A stretch of 64,000 bases of DNA from Muribaculaceae bacterium (GTDB lineage Bacteria > Bacteroidota > Bacteroidia > Bacteroidales > Muribaculaceae): the NCBI GenBank assembly GCA_029055345.1, contig JAIDDJ010000033.1:13381-77380 (forward strand), written 5' to 3'. Under the pieces are notes generated by a model. That model did not search any database. It saw nothing but the letters and a program-made list of their open reading frames with translations, and was not told the origin of the DNA. Below are positions 17,990 to 27,854 of the stretch, piece by piece (the stretch's first letter is position 1; the number at the start of each line of letters is the position of its first letter). The translations under genes were made by a program, and so were the position numbers.

Positions 17990-19802
17990 TGTGATTCGTC
18001 TTTTACCCGACTCAGTCGCTAACCAGATAGCCGCCGGGGAAGTGGTCCAAAGGCCTGCCTCTGTAATTAAGGAGCTGGTGGAAAACGCAGTGGATGCGGG
18101 TGCATCGGATATCAGAATTGTGATAAAGGATGCCGGTAAAACTCTGATTCAGGTCATCGATAATGGGGTGGGAATGTCGGAGATTGATGCGAGAATGGCC
18201 TTTGAACGCCATGCGACTTCCAAAATTAAGGAGGCTGATGATTTATTCAAGCTCTCCACCATGGGATTCCGTGGGGAGGCTCTCCCTTCGATTTGTGCAA
18301 TTTCAGAAGTGGAGATAAAAACTCGCAAAGCTGAGAGCCCAATGGGAACGCGGCTGGTCATCGTCGGGTCGAAAGTGACCGTTCAGGAACCTGTCGTATG
18401 TGATGTCGGCACCTCTATGACTGTAAGAAAGATTTTTTTCAACGTTCCGGCAAGAAGAAAATTCCTAAAGAGCGGTAGCGTGGAGCTCGCGAATATCATG
18501 CGCGAATTCGAGCGGTTGGCCCTGGTCAATAATAATATCAGGATGAGGATTGATACGGGCGTAAGATCTCTTGACCTTCGGCAGGCATCGCTTCGTCTTC
18601 GCATTGAAGATATATGGAAGAATAATTTAAAGTCAGACCATCTTATTCCGGTTGATGTCGATACGTCTCTTGTAAAAATTGAGGGCTTTGTATCGCGTCC
18701 CGAATTTGCAAGGCGGAGGAATCCTCTGCAGTTCCTTTTTGTGAACGGGCGGAATATGCGCCATCCCTATTTTCATAAGGCTGTCCTAAGCTGCTTTGAT
18801 GGATTGATTGCATCCGATACGCAGCCTAATTATTTCCTTCGCTTCACTGTGGATCCGGCTTCGATTGATGTCAATATCCATCCGACAAAGAACGAGATTA
18901 AGTTTGAATATGAACAGCAGATATGGCCGATTTTAGTTTCTGCTGTCAAGACCGCTCTCGGGAAGTTTTCCGCCGTTCCAAGCATAGATTTCTCAGTCGA
19001 TGCAATTCCTCTGGAGCCGGTTCGAGATGGTAGCAGGGCATCGCAGCCCTCAGTTTCATACAGAGGCGATTATAATCCATTTAGTTCTGCCGGAAATCGC
19101 ACCGTTTCCCCGGCAAAAGATTGGGAAAAACTGTATGATTCTTTTCTAAATCCGGAGATAAAGAAAGAAGAAAGCTTTAAATCAGATGATGCAGACTTAT
19201 TCACTTCTCCAGGGGAGACTCATATGGGTGCTGTCTGCATTCAGTTTGCATCGAAATATATCGTCACCGGAACCAGAGAAGGTCTTGTCATTATAGATCA
19301 GCACAGGGCGCATGTGAAAATTCTATACGAAGATTATCTAATGCGTCTTCGAAAGGCAGATATTGTGTCTCAATCATTAATGTTCCCTGAAACTCTGACT
19401 CTTGACCAGACTCAAATGACGGCGCTTGGTGAAGTGGAGGATGAACTGCGTAAAATGGGTTTTACCATTGAATATGACAGCGGGAATGACTGGCGTATAT
19501 CTTCTGTTCCTGCAATTATAAAGCAAACCGATGCAAACGATGTTGTCCTCAGGATACTTGATTCGGTGACGGTAGATTCTGCCAATTACGGAAAGGAGGG
19601 CGATATCGGTTCATCATTGACGGAGCGTATGGCATCGATTCTTGCCAGAAGTGCAGCAATCCGCCGCGGACAGAAATTATCACCTACAGAAATGGAATCA
19701 ATCGTCGGTTCGCTCTTTGCGCTCCCTGACCCTTCCCTTACTCCCAACGGAAATCCGGTTTTTGTCACTCTTGACGAAGACCGTCTTCAAAAGTTGTTCT
19801 GA
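17982..19802 (+). CDS. mutL: DNA mismatch repair protein MutL
   Basis: NQIAAGEVVQRPASVIKELVEN, GFRGEAL, DVNIHPTK; true start MSDVIRLL at 17982. Confidence 0.97.
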   Translation: MSDVIRLLPDSVANQIAAGEVVQRPASVIKELVENAVDAGASDIRIVIKDAGKTLIQVIDNGVGMSEIDARMAFERHATSKIKEADDLFKLSTMGFRGEALPSICAISEVEIKTRKAESPMGTRLVIVGSKVTVQEPVVCDVGTSMTVRKIFFNVPARRKFLKSGSVELANIMREFERLALVNNNIRMRIDTGVRSLDLRQASLRLRIEDIWKNNLKSDHLIPVDVDTSLVKIEGFVSRPEFARRRNPLQFLFVNGRNMRHPYFHKAVLSCFDGLIASDTQPNYFLRFTVDPASIDVNIHPTKNEIKFEYEQQIWPILVSAVKTALGKFSAVPSIDFSVDAIPLEPVRDGSRASQPSVSYRGDYNPFSSAGNRTVSPAKDWEKLYDSFLNPEIKKEESFKSDDADLFTSPGETHMGAVCIQFASKYIVTGTREGLVIIDQHRAHVKILYEDYLMRLRKADIVSQSLMFPETLTLDQTQMTALGEVEDELRKMGFTIEYDSGNDWRISSVPAIIKQTDANDVVLRILDSVTVDSANYGKEGDIGSSLTERMASILARSAAIRRGQKLSPTEMESIVGSLFALPDPSLTPNGNPVFVTLDEDRLQKLF

Positions 19803-19857
19803 GTAATTCACAAGTCTGCTGAGATCTTTTCAGGACAAGCATTTGCGTAAAAAATTA

Positions 19858-19894
19858 ATGGCTGCCCCGTAAATCACCGGGGCAGCCATCTTTT
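19858..19894. terminator. Bidirectional terminator between mutL and malQ
   Basis: ATGGCTGCCCCG-N8-CGGGGCAGCCAT followed by CTTTT. Confidence 0.9.
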
Positions 19895-19918
19895 CAATTG
19901 AGATTCCTGCAATTAGTA

Positions 19919-22594
19919 TTATCTTCCTGATTCTTTTATCTTACCTTGAATCATATTGTTGAATGATTCCTTATCCATGAGTTGCTCAACGGTAAGATGC
20001 ATTCTGTATCTCCAGTAATGACGCGGATTGGCCGGTTCATTAATTTGTTCATCGGCCGGATTTTGACGGCGGAGTTGCCCGTCAGCCGACAGCCAGTCTT
20101 GAAGCGGAAGGATGCATAGCATCGAGGGGCTCTTGAGCTGCAGGTCGATAATTTTGTCACATATCCATGGCTCTGCAAAGTACGGCGCCTCTCCTCCTTC
20201 ATGAAGCACGTGGTTGTAGAATCGTTGAGACACTCCGTGATCAGCCTCCCACCAGCCGCGGATTCCCGGCATGTCATGGGTAGAGGTAGTGCAGACACTA
20301 TAATAAGGGTAATGCCATGTGTCTCCGAATTCGGCCTTAGGATCCTTAGGCATTCTTTGTATCTCAAGACTCAGAATCTCAAGTTGACGCATTACTGCGG
20401 GAACGCAATCAGGAATCATGCCGAGGTCCTCCCCACATGCGAGCATGGAAGTGGAGTCAAGCAGCGGCGGGAGTTTCCACATTGCCTTGCCATACCAGAA
20501 ATCATTGTGTCTGTGATAGAAGAAGTCATTGTAGAGACGGTTGAAACACCACTTGGCATAATCGCTGAGCACGCGATACTGATAGGTGTATTGCGCAGCG
20601 ATACGCGGGTGATAATGCCCTTTCTGATACGGATCCTCAATGAAGAGCACATCATCAATAATGCCTAATAAAGCATTCTTGAGGCGGTCATTCTTTTCAT
20701 TCTGCTCATGGTGAGCGAAATATTCTTCAACCTTGAGCTGAGTGCTGACGAAGTCTTTGAGACCATAGCGGTCTCCACCGATGCGTTCAAGGAATCTTTC
20801 TTTTGCCTCTTCTGTATATTCTCCGAAGAAGTCGCCGAGCATCCACTCAAGAATCAGAGGATATGTCTGAACTTCCGGGTCAATCCAGAAATCGTAGCTG
20901 TTTCTCAGTTCCTCAGGAGAGAAAGGCATTGCCGGATTGAAATAGCCGAGAAGTCCGTGGACTGCATCAAGAGGTATCTGCCATATGCGGAAGAAACCAA
21001 GGATATGGTCGATACGATATGCATCGAAATACTCCGACATCTTGCGGAAGCGATCTTTCCACCATTGGAAGCCGTCTTCTGCCATAGCGTCCCAATTATA
21101 AGTCGGGAATCCCCAGTTCTGGCCAAGCACAGAGAAATCATCCGGTGGAGCACCTGCCTGACAATCCATATTGAACAAACGAGGCGAACGCCAAGCATCC
21201 ACGCTGAAACGACTGATGCCGATTGGAATATCACCTTTCAGCACAACTCCTTTACTATGGGCATAGTTGCGAACTTCGCGAATCTGACGGTCAAGATGAT
21301 ATTGAACAAAGTAGTGATAGTCAATTTGTTCACGATGACGAGAAATGAAATCAGCTACCTTTGACTCGTCATATTCAGCATATTCACCCCATTTATAGTG
21401 GTCCGGGGTCTTGAATTCCTCACGTAAAACGCGCCATGCGGAGTAGGGGAGGAGCCAATACTCGTTCTTCTCTACGAATTTCTTGAAATCATCGCTCTCT
21501 TTCGTATCATTGAAATCCTGAGCGAATATTTCATGCATATATTCTGACTTTGCCTCATTGACCCGTTCGTAATCTACGGTGGAGAGCATATTTAGTTCGT
21601 GGCGAAGATTCTCATAATACTTTTTCCGGCCTTCATCCTTGAGCTCACCGACTGCTTCGAGTCGAAGATACATCGGATGTAATGCAAATGTGGAATTAGC
21701 CTTATATGGGTAAGAATCAACCCATGTGCCAAGCATTGTTGTATCGTTGATGGGAAGAATCTGAAGGATATTCTGACCGGTGCGAACACACCAGTCAACC
21801 ATTTGCTTCATGTCATAGAAATCTCCCACGCCGAAATCCTCCTCCGTGCGGATGGAGAATACAGGAATTGCCGTGCCGGCGCCTTTCCATTGTTGCTTAG
21901 GATTGGCGAAGCGTGTGCCGTCAACAACAACTTGTTCGCTGCCACCGGTATATGGAACACCATAAACGCGGTTGTTCATCGCTTCCCAGCCTACGGTCTC
22001 TCCGCGGTCGTTGACAATAAGGAACTTATATTCGAAAGGCACCTTCATCGGACCGAGCGGAATATTGATTTCCCAGGTAGGAAAATTATGGTCGTTCAAC
22101 CGCAATGCCCGTTTAGGGTCCCAATCTCCAAGTATTTCACCCTCACCTGTCACGGCAAGCCATTCGTTGGGGGCGAGCATCGGGGCATCTATCCGGATAT
22201 TGAGTGTGCCCGGTAATGATGGCAGCTGCGGTTCCCTGTTCTCACGGCGAAGCATTCCATCTATGAAAGCCGAAGAATAAAATGGTTTGTCATCGGGCAT
22301 ACTGTGCCAGTTGTCAAATATCAGATAATCGCTTATACCAGCGCCGGGACGGAATTTGTGGGGAGTTCCCCATTCGAATTTCCACGCGCGATTCTCGGCC
22401 TTGACCACGAAATAATAGTCGAAGGCTGCCGGCTCTTCATCCGTCTCAAGCGTAAACTGCCAGGTGTCGGGGCTTACGAGACTCATCTCTACTCCGTCCC
22501 TTGCATCTCCCGAACCCAACGCCGGTATCGTCCCGCAAAGGTAGACGCTCTCACCCCAATTGGTATGGTAGTTGATGTTGAATGTAATTTTCAT
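19919..22594 (-). CDS. malQ: 4-alpha-glucanotransferase (GH77, DPE2-type with two CBM20 domains)
   Basis: N-terminal CBM20 repeats; GAPPDDFS..GQNWGFPTYNW, RIDHILG, GEDLG, THDM. Confidence 0.95.
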   Translation of the reverse strand: MKITFNINYHTNWGESVYLCGTIPALGSGDARDGVEMSLVSPDTWQFTLETDEEPAAFDYYFVVKAENRAWKFEWGTPHKFRPGAGISDYLIFDNWHSMPDDKPFYSSAFIDGMLRRENREPQLPSLPGTLNIRIDAPMLAPNEWLAVTGEGEILGDWDPKRALRLNDHNFPTWEINIPLGPMKVPFEYKFLIVNDRGETVGWEAMNNRVYGVPYTGGSEQVVVDGTRFANPKQQWKGAGTAIPVFSIRTEEDFGVGDFYDMKQMVDWCVRTGQNILQILPINDTTMLGTWVDSYPYKANSTFALHPMYLRLEAVGELKDEGRKKYYENLRHELNMLSTVDYERVNEAKSEYMHEIFAQDFNDTKESDDFKKFVEKNEYWLLPYSAWRVLREEFKTPDHYKWGEYAEYDESKVADFISRHREQIDYHYFVQYHLDRQIREVRNYAHSKGVVLKGDIPIGISRFSVDAWRSPRLFNMDCQAGAPPDDFSVLGQNWGFPTYNWDAMAEDGFQWWKDRFRKMSEYFDAYRIDHILGFFRIWQIPLDAVHGLLGYFNPAMPFSPEELRNSYDFWIDPEVQTYPLILEWMLGDFFGEYTEEAKERFLERIGGDRYGLKDFVSTQLKVEEYFAHHEQNEKNDRLKNALLGIIDDVLFIEDPYQKGHYHPRIAAQYTYQYRVLSDYAKWCFNRLYNDFFYHRHNDFWYGKAMWKLPPLLDSTSMLACGEDLGMIPDCVPAVMRQLEILSLEIQRMPKDPKAEFGDTWHYPYYSVCTTSTHDMPGIRGWWEADHGVSQRFYNHVLHEGGEAPYFAEPWICDKIIDLQLKSPSMLCILPLQDWLSADGQLRRQNPADEQINEPANPRHYWRYRMHLTVEQLMDKESFNNMIQGKIKESGR

Positions 22595-22655
22595 GTGATT
22601 ATATTTTAAGTTAACTTCTATGCGTCAGTATTATCATTTTCTCCCACTCATATTC

Positions 22656-25193
22656 TCAGCCCCCGCACTTTGAAGTGCCACAAGTGGTGCATATCAGGCA
22701 TCCTTCCTGATATACAAGGGTCTCAGCGCCACAATTGGGGCATTTCTGACCCGTGGCAGCTGTGCCGTTGGTGAGATATTTCTTCAATGCCCGCTCCACA
22801 CCCATTTTCCATGTGTTGATATTGGTCGAGTCGAGTTCCAGTCCTCCCACAAGCTTCAACACCTGATCTATGGGCATCCCATAACGTAGGACTCCCGATA
22901 TAAGTTTGGCATAGTTCCAAAACTCAGGATTGAATTTCTCGCTCAGTCCCTCGATTGTGGTCTTGTAGCCCCGCTTGTTGATGAATTGGAAATCGTAGCG
23001 TTTGTTCCCCTTTTCGTCAGTAGTCTTGATGATCTTTCCTTTATTCACACTCTTGGGGCAGAATATACCATCCTCATCATCTGCGAGACCTGTAAATATT
23101 TCATATGGTTTGTTATCGACAAGACCCACGAAGGCTATCCATTTCTCTTTATTGTTCTGGAAACGAACCACATCGGCCTCCAGTTCTGTCGGCCGTTTAG
23201 ATATATGTGCCGGGGTAGCCATATAATTCTCCCGGGGTGCTTTTGTCTTGATTGATTCCAGCACGTTATTGCGCGACCCGTCACGATAGACTGTACAGCC
23301 CTTGCATCCTGCTTTCCACGCTTCGACATAGAGCTTGTTTACCATCTCCTCGCTGATGTCGGCCGGGAGATTGATGGTTACGGAAATGGAGTGGTCAACC
23401 CATTTCTGCACCGCTCCTTGCATCCTGACTTTCTCAACCCAGTCCACATCATTGGCTGTTGCTTTATAGTAGGGAGACTGCGCCACAAGGGCTTCTATCT
23501 CCTCCGGAGTCAAATTTGCCTTTTGCTCGATACCGTTGGCCTTCATCCACTCAATGAATTTGTGATGATACACCACATATTCCTCAAATGCATCTCCTAC
23601 CTCATCCACAAAGTCAACCTTCACGTCCGGGTCGCCGGGATTCACTTTGCGTTTACGCTTATAGACGGGCATGAATACGGGCTCGATTCCTGAAGATGTC
23701 TGTGTCATGATCGAAGTAGTGCCCGTGGGTGCTATTGTCAGACAGGCTATATTGCGGCGACCTGATTTTACCATCCTGTCATAGAGTGCCGGATCTGCTT
23801 CTTTGAGACGGTTGATGTAGGGATTGTTCTTTTCTCTTTCCGCATCATAAACCTCGAACGCTCCCCGCTCTTCTGCCATTGTGACAGATGCATTATAATA
23901 TGCCAGGGCAAGCGCACGGTGAACCTGCACTGAAAAATCAGTAGCTTCCTTCGTGCCGTAACGCAGACCAAGCGCCGCGAGCATATCTCCTTCTCCGGTA
24001 GTGCCGCAGCCTGTCCGTCTGCCTTCAAGTGTCTTGTTGCGTATTTTTTTCCAAAGGTTCAGCTCGGTGCTCTTTACCTCAGCGGTTTCAGGATCGCTTT
24101 CAATCTTTTCGATGATGGTGTCTATCTTCTCCATCTCCAAATCGATGATATCATCCATTATCCGCTGTGCTTTGCCTACATGGTCAGCGAATGTAGCGAA
24201 ATCAAATTCAGCCTGCGGGGTGAACGGATTCTTAACATAGCTGTAAAGATTGATGGCTACAAGACGGCAGCTGTCGTATGGACACAATGGTATCTCTCCA
24301 CATGGATTTGTTGAAACCGTCTCGAATCCGAGGTCGGAGTAGCAGTCAGGCACCGACTCTCGCTGGATAGTATCCCAGAACAGAACTCCGGGTTCGGCAC
24401 TTTTCCATGCGTTGTGGACGATTTTACCCCAGAGAGCCGAGGCATCGATATCTTTTGTTACCTGAGGATGTGCCGATGAGATCGGGAATTGGGTCGTATA
24501 GGGCTCCTTTGCTGTGGCGCAACGCATGAACTCGTCATCGATTTTGACAGATACGTTCGCTCCGGTAACTTTCCCTTCCGTCATTTTGGCATCGATAAAA
24601 TCTTCGGCATCGGGATGCTTTATGCTCACTGTCATCATCAATGCCCCGCGCCTTCCATCCTGTGCAACTTCCCGGGTGGAGTTGCTATAACGTTCCATAA
24701 AAGGAACAAGACCGGTTGATGTTAGTGCCGAATTTTTTACCGAACTTCCACGCGGACGGATATGTGACAGATCATGCCCTACACCGCCTCTGCGTTTCAT
24801 CAGTTGCACCTGCTCTTCATCAATGCGAATAATGCCTCCGTAGGAATCAGGATGCCCGTCAAGTCCTATTACAAAGCAATTCGATAATGAACCGATCTGC
24901 CTGTTATTGCCGATGCCGGCCATCGGGCTTCCCTGCGGAACTATATATTTAAAATCCTTCAATAATTCGAACACCGTCTGCTCGCTCATCGGATTCGGAT
25001 ATTTGCTTTCGATTCTTGCTATCTCCGATGCGATGCGGTGATGCATATCATCAGGAGTGAGTTCGTAAAACACTCCGTCGGAGTCCTTTAGAGCATATTT
25101 ACTTGCCCATACGCGTGCAGCCAACTCGTCGCCTTTGAAGTATTCGAGCGTAGCGGCGTATACATCATTGTAGGTGTAAGTCTTTTCTGACAT
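22656..25193 (-). CDS. nrdJ: Class II adenosylcobalamin-dependent ribonucleotide reductase
   Basis: TNPCGEIPL, IAPTGT, KGCTVYRDGSR, C-terminal CPNC..CTTC..C; no beta-subunit gene nearby. Confidence 0.93.
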   Translation of the reverse strand: MSEKTYTYNDVYAATLEYFKGDELAARVWASKYALKDSDGVFYELTPDDMHHRIASEIARIESKYPNPMSEQTVFELLKDFKYIVPQGSPMAGIGNNRQIGSLSNCFVIGLDGHPDSYGGIIRIDEEQVQLMKRRGGVGHDLSHIRPRGSSVKNSALTSTGLVPFMERYSNSTREVAQDGRRGALMMTVSIKHPDAEDFIDAKMTEGKVTGANVSVKIDDEFMRCATAKEPYTTQFPISSAHPQVTKDIDASALWGKIVHNAWKSAEPGVLFWDTIQRESVPDCYSDLGFETVSTNPCGEIPLCPYDSCRLVAINLYSYVKNPFTPQAEFDFATFADHVGKAQRIMDDIIDLEMEKIDTIIEKIESDPETAEVKSTELNLWKKIRNKTLEGRRTGCGTTGEGDMLAALGLRYGTKEATDFSVQVHRALALAYYNASVTMAEERGAFEVYDAEREKNNPYINRLKEADPALYDRMVKSGRRNIACLTIAPTGTTSIMTQTSSGIEPVFMPVYKRKRKVNPGDPDVKVDFVDEVGDAFEEYVVYHHKFIEWMKANGIEQKANLTPEEIEALVAQSPYYKATANDVDWVEKVRMQGAVQKWVDHSISVTINLPADISEEMVNKLYVEAWKAGCKGCTVYRDGSRNNVLESIKTKAPRENYMATPAHISKRPTELEADVVRFQNNKEKWIAFVGLVDNKPYEIFTGLADDEDGIFCPKSVNKGKIIKTTDEKGNKRYDFQFINKRGYKTTIEGLSEKFNPEFWNYAKLISGVLRYGMPIDQVLKLVGGLELDSTNINTWKMGVERALKKYLTNGTAATGQKCPNCGAETLVYQEGCLICTTCGTSKCGG

Positions 25194-25298
25194 TGTTAGT
25201 GTAGGTATCTTCGATTTTATCTTTTTGGTTTCAGAGTGTAAATTTAGCCAAAATTTCTCATACCTTTACTATAATTTTTCGAAAAATCTTCTTTTTGG

Positions 25299-25907
25299 TC
25301 AATTCATACAAATATTTTTTGTAGCTTCTTTTTTGTTTTTGAAAATTTCAAGTCCTGATTTTAGTATATGTGATTCCTTTTTTTCAACCTTTCGCGGTTT
25401 GTAAAAAATAATTATATCCATTTGATGTGACCCTATTTTCCGAAAACAATTCTGCTCGGCCACATATGCTCCTACTATTTTATTGGATGTTAGCAAAGAA
25501 TTGATTGACTGGACTTCATTGAGAGCGAGCCGTCCGATTCTTACTCCATTGAAATATACGTCAATAGTGTCTACGCCTTCCGAACGGCATGAAACGAGTT
25601 TAAGGGCTTGACCGGGTAATAATCCATGAAGTTCGTGCGCTCCGTCAAATGTGTCGGGCCCGCAGGTAAGACTGATTGTCCGGTTTCTGTCATCAGAATG
25701 CCTGTTCATTATCACATCAATTCTTTGGGTCATTTCTTTATATGCCCGCTCTCCTATTAGTTTGATGGTGCGTTTGAGCTCCGGATCTTCAATTTCCTGC
25801 TCTGTACGTTCATCTGAATGCCTGTCATCTATTTCTCGAAGGTTTCGGATATTGAATGCAATTCCGGCCATCGCTAATATACCTATTATTATAAGTGCGT
25901 CAATCAT
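25299..25907 (-). CDS. Hypothetical protein with an N-terminal TM anchor and a possible degenerate HIRAN-like domain
   Basis: Hydrophobic MIDALIIIGILAMAGIAF; segment ALKLV..DTIDVYFNGVRIGRL resembles HIRAN; start could alternatively be 25955. Confidence 0.6.
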   Translation of the reverse strand: MIDALIIIGILAMAGIAFNIRNLREIDDRHSDERTEQEIEDPELKRTIKLIGERAYKEMTQRIDVIMNRHSDDRNRTISLTCGPDTFDGAHELHGLLPGQALKLVSCRSEGVDTIDVYFNGVRIGRLALNEVQSINSLLTSNKIVGAYVAEQNCFRKIGSHQMDIIIFYKPRKVEKKESHILKSGLEIFKNKKEATKNICMN

Positions 25908-26111
25908 AGTATGCAGATTTTTTAATTTCTCAGGAATCGTCCTGATTCGTCTCATACGCCTTTGATGCTTATACGGCGCGGGACCTTTTTATATTATTAA
26001 CCATCTTCAGGCCAATTGGATTGATATATTACATTCTTTAACTTTTTAATGATTTTTCCTTGCTTAATAGCATAATTGCAATAGTATTCGTCATCGATAG
26101 AAGTCATAGAG

Positions 26112-26171
26112 TAAGTCTAAATCCCACAAACGTACATTCTTGGTTGCTTATGATCCCCGGATTTAGACTTA
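26112..26171. repeat. 13-bp perfect inverted repeat with a 34-nt spacer
   Basis: TAAGTCTAAATCC (26112-26124) and GGATTTAGACTTA (26159-26171). Confidence 0.8.
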
Positions 26172-26225
26172 AAGAGTGAATGTGCAAAACGAATAAACCA
26201 CCGTACCAAAAGTGCGATGTTAGCC

Positions 26226-26258
26226 AATAAAGAAGGGAAGGCAAACGAAGCCTTCCCC
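26226..26258 (-). terminator. Terminator of the tlpA-DUF6029-omp28-T9SS operon
   Basis: Minus strand GGGAAGGC-ttcgttt-GCCTTCCC followed by TTCTTTATT. Confidence 0.8.
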
Positions 26259-26282
26259 CTCATAAGTTTCAGTTGATAATCC

Positions 26283-26951
26283 TTATTTAACAATAATCTT
26301 GCCTTTCTTTCCTCCGAAGGAGTAGACATAGACACCGGGTTGAAGAGAAGCGGTGCTGAATTCACCGGCACCATTAACGGATGAACCGGCAATCTTTTGT
26401 CCTGCACAATTGAAAAGTTCAAATGAAGTTGATTCGGAAGAATTAAAGACGAATGTGCCATTTCGGTATGCGATTCCGTTATCGGCATTCACTCCTTTAA
26501 CTGACTGGGCATTGGGATCAAACTTCACGGTAATTTTATTTACCGTTGCCTCTGATATAGGATCAATGACATATACATCTGTGCTTACGATGTAATCAAT
26601 GGCATTATCTGATGCATAATCATAATCAAGATTAAGCATTTGGCCTGCACCCATTACTATTCCCGGGCTGCTTACGGTAGTGGCTGCCACACCGCACTCA
26701 CCTCCGAAGCATAAATTGACTGCCTGCCCCGTGGTGCAGACTACTTTCACCATGACTGTCGCCTGATTTGTGGCTTTTAGCTTTATATCAGGTTTTATCT
26801 CATATTCACCAAAAGGTGTCTCTGTTACTTCACTAAAAACTACTGTTCCATCCTTTGGAACTTCATTTCCCTGATAAAAGAATTTGACATTTTGTGCGCC
26901 TGCTGTCATTGCAGCTACTGAGAACGCTGCGAGTAGTAGAAATTTTTTCAT
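26283..26951 (-). CDS. Small T9SS type A CTD cargo protein with a Cys-containing Ig-like domain
   Basis: Signal peptide ending AGA-Q; NLCFGGECG; CTD-like ELFNCAGQKI..LQPGVYV..KGKIIVK. Confidence 0.8.
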   Translation of the reverse strand: MKKFLLLAAFSVAAMTAGAQNVKFFYQGNEVPKDGTVVFSEVTETPFGEYEIKPDIKLKATNQATVMVKVVCTTGQAVNLCFGGECGVAATTVSSPGIVMGAGQMLNLDYDYASDNAIDYIVSTDVYVIDPISEATVNKITVKFDPNAQSVKGVNADNGIAYRNGTFVFNSSESTSFELFNCAGQKIAGSSVNGAGEFSTASLQPGVYVYSFGGKKGKIIVK

Positions 26952-26970
26952 ATGCGATATTATTAAATTA

Positions 26971-27840
26971 TTATTCTTTTCCCTCTTCAGCTTCGCCCGA
27001 ATCGTCTTTCGAAATCACCGGAACCTTTGTTACCTGAAGCACACCGCTGCCGTCTGAAACAAAAGCGACTATCGACAGATTCTCAGGAACCCAGTGTTCC
27101 TGTTCGTTCCAACGGGTCTCTATACTTGCCTCTTTATTGAATTCTATCCCCTTTGCAAGGGCTATGGATTCTCCTTTTACTCCGGAAAGCACCTGACCGC
27201 GGAACACGCCGTCATGCACATAATCATAAACATAATTATTCCCGTCTTTCTGGATGGCTACGATTCCATCTTCAATCACCCAGAACTGTATCTCGGCAGT
27301 TCTGGCAGAGCCACTCATAATTCCGGCCGAGATATTGATGGTCCCCGTGTCGGGATTGTCGCTTGCAGGGGTATAGCCGACTGTTAGATCAATATCAACA
27401 TCAGATGCTACGCTCAAGGCTTCTCTTACTGCGGTTGCCCATAATGGAAAAGTCAAGGGTGATCCCATGTTGATGCTGCCCATCGGGAATGAATTGATTC
27501 CGTAAGTTTCGAGAATGGCGTTTCCTTCTTCTGTCATAAGCCCGACATTCCCTTTTGAGAAGTTGGTTTTTGTTTTTGAATATCCGAATTCCCCGCAATG
27601 GATACTAACCGCGATTACCTTGTCTTCACCATATTGGGCCTCCAGTTCCTTTATCGTCTTGTGGGCCTGCGGACAGTTCAGACATTGCTGTCCTGTGAAG
27701 TCTTCAAGAAGAACAGCGCGTTCCACTTTAATCTCCCCGCAGTCGATATAACGGTCGTCTGGCTTGACATCATCGCAGGCTGTCAGTAAGACCGGAAGAA
27801 TCGATAACGCCGAAAATTTTAATATATTATTGAGTCTCAT
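26971..27840 (-). CDS. Omp28-family thioredoxin-fold lipoprotein
   Basis: Lipobox LTAC followed by acidic DDVKPDD; VLLEDFTGQQCLNCP, VSIH, SFP, YVHDGVFR. Confidence 0.88.
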   Translation of the reverse strand: MRLNNILKFSALSILPVLLTACDDVKPDDRYIDCGEIKVERAVLLEDFTGQQCLNCPQAHKTIKELEAQYGEDKVIAVSIHCGEFGYSKTKTNFSKGNVGLMTEEGNAILETYGINSFPMGSINMGSPLTFPLWATAVREALSVASDVDIDLTVGYTPASDNPDTGTINISAGIMSGSARTAEIQFWVIEDGIVAIQKDGNNYVYDYVHDGVFRGQVLSGVKGESIALAKGIEFNKEASIETRWNEQEHWVPENLSIVAFVSDGSGVLQVTKVPVISKDDSGEAEEGKE

Positions 27841-27854
27841 TTTAGTAGGTCCGA

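Noticed and set aside
25193-25299. Cobalamin riboswitch upstream of nrdJ
   Set aside because: The intergenic region is only ~105 nt, AT-rich and lacks B12-box motifs.
26117-26488. 123-aa ORF overlapping the T9SS cargo gene in another frame
   Set aside because: It runs through the terminator and inverted repeat and shows no protein-like motifs.
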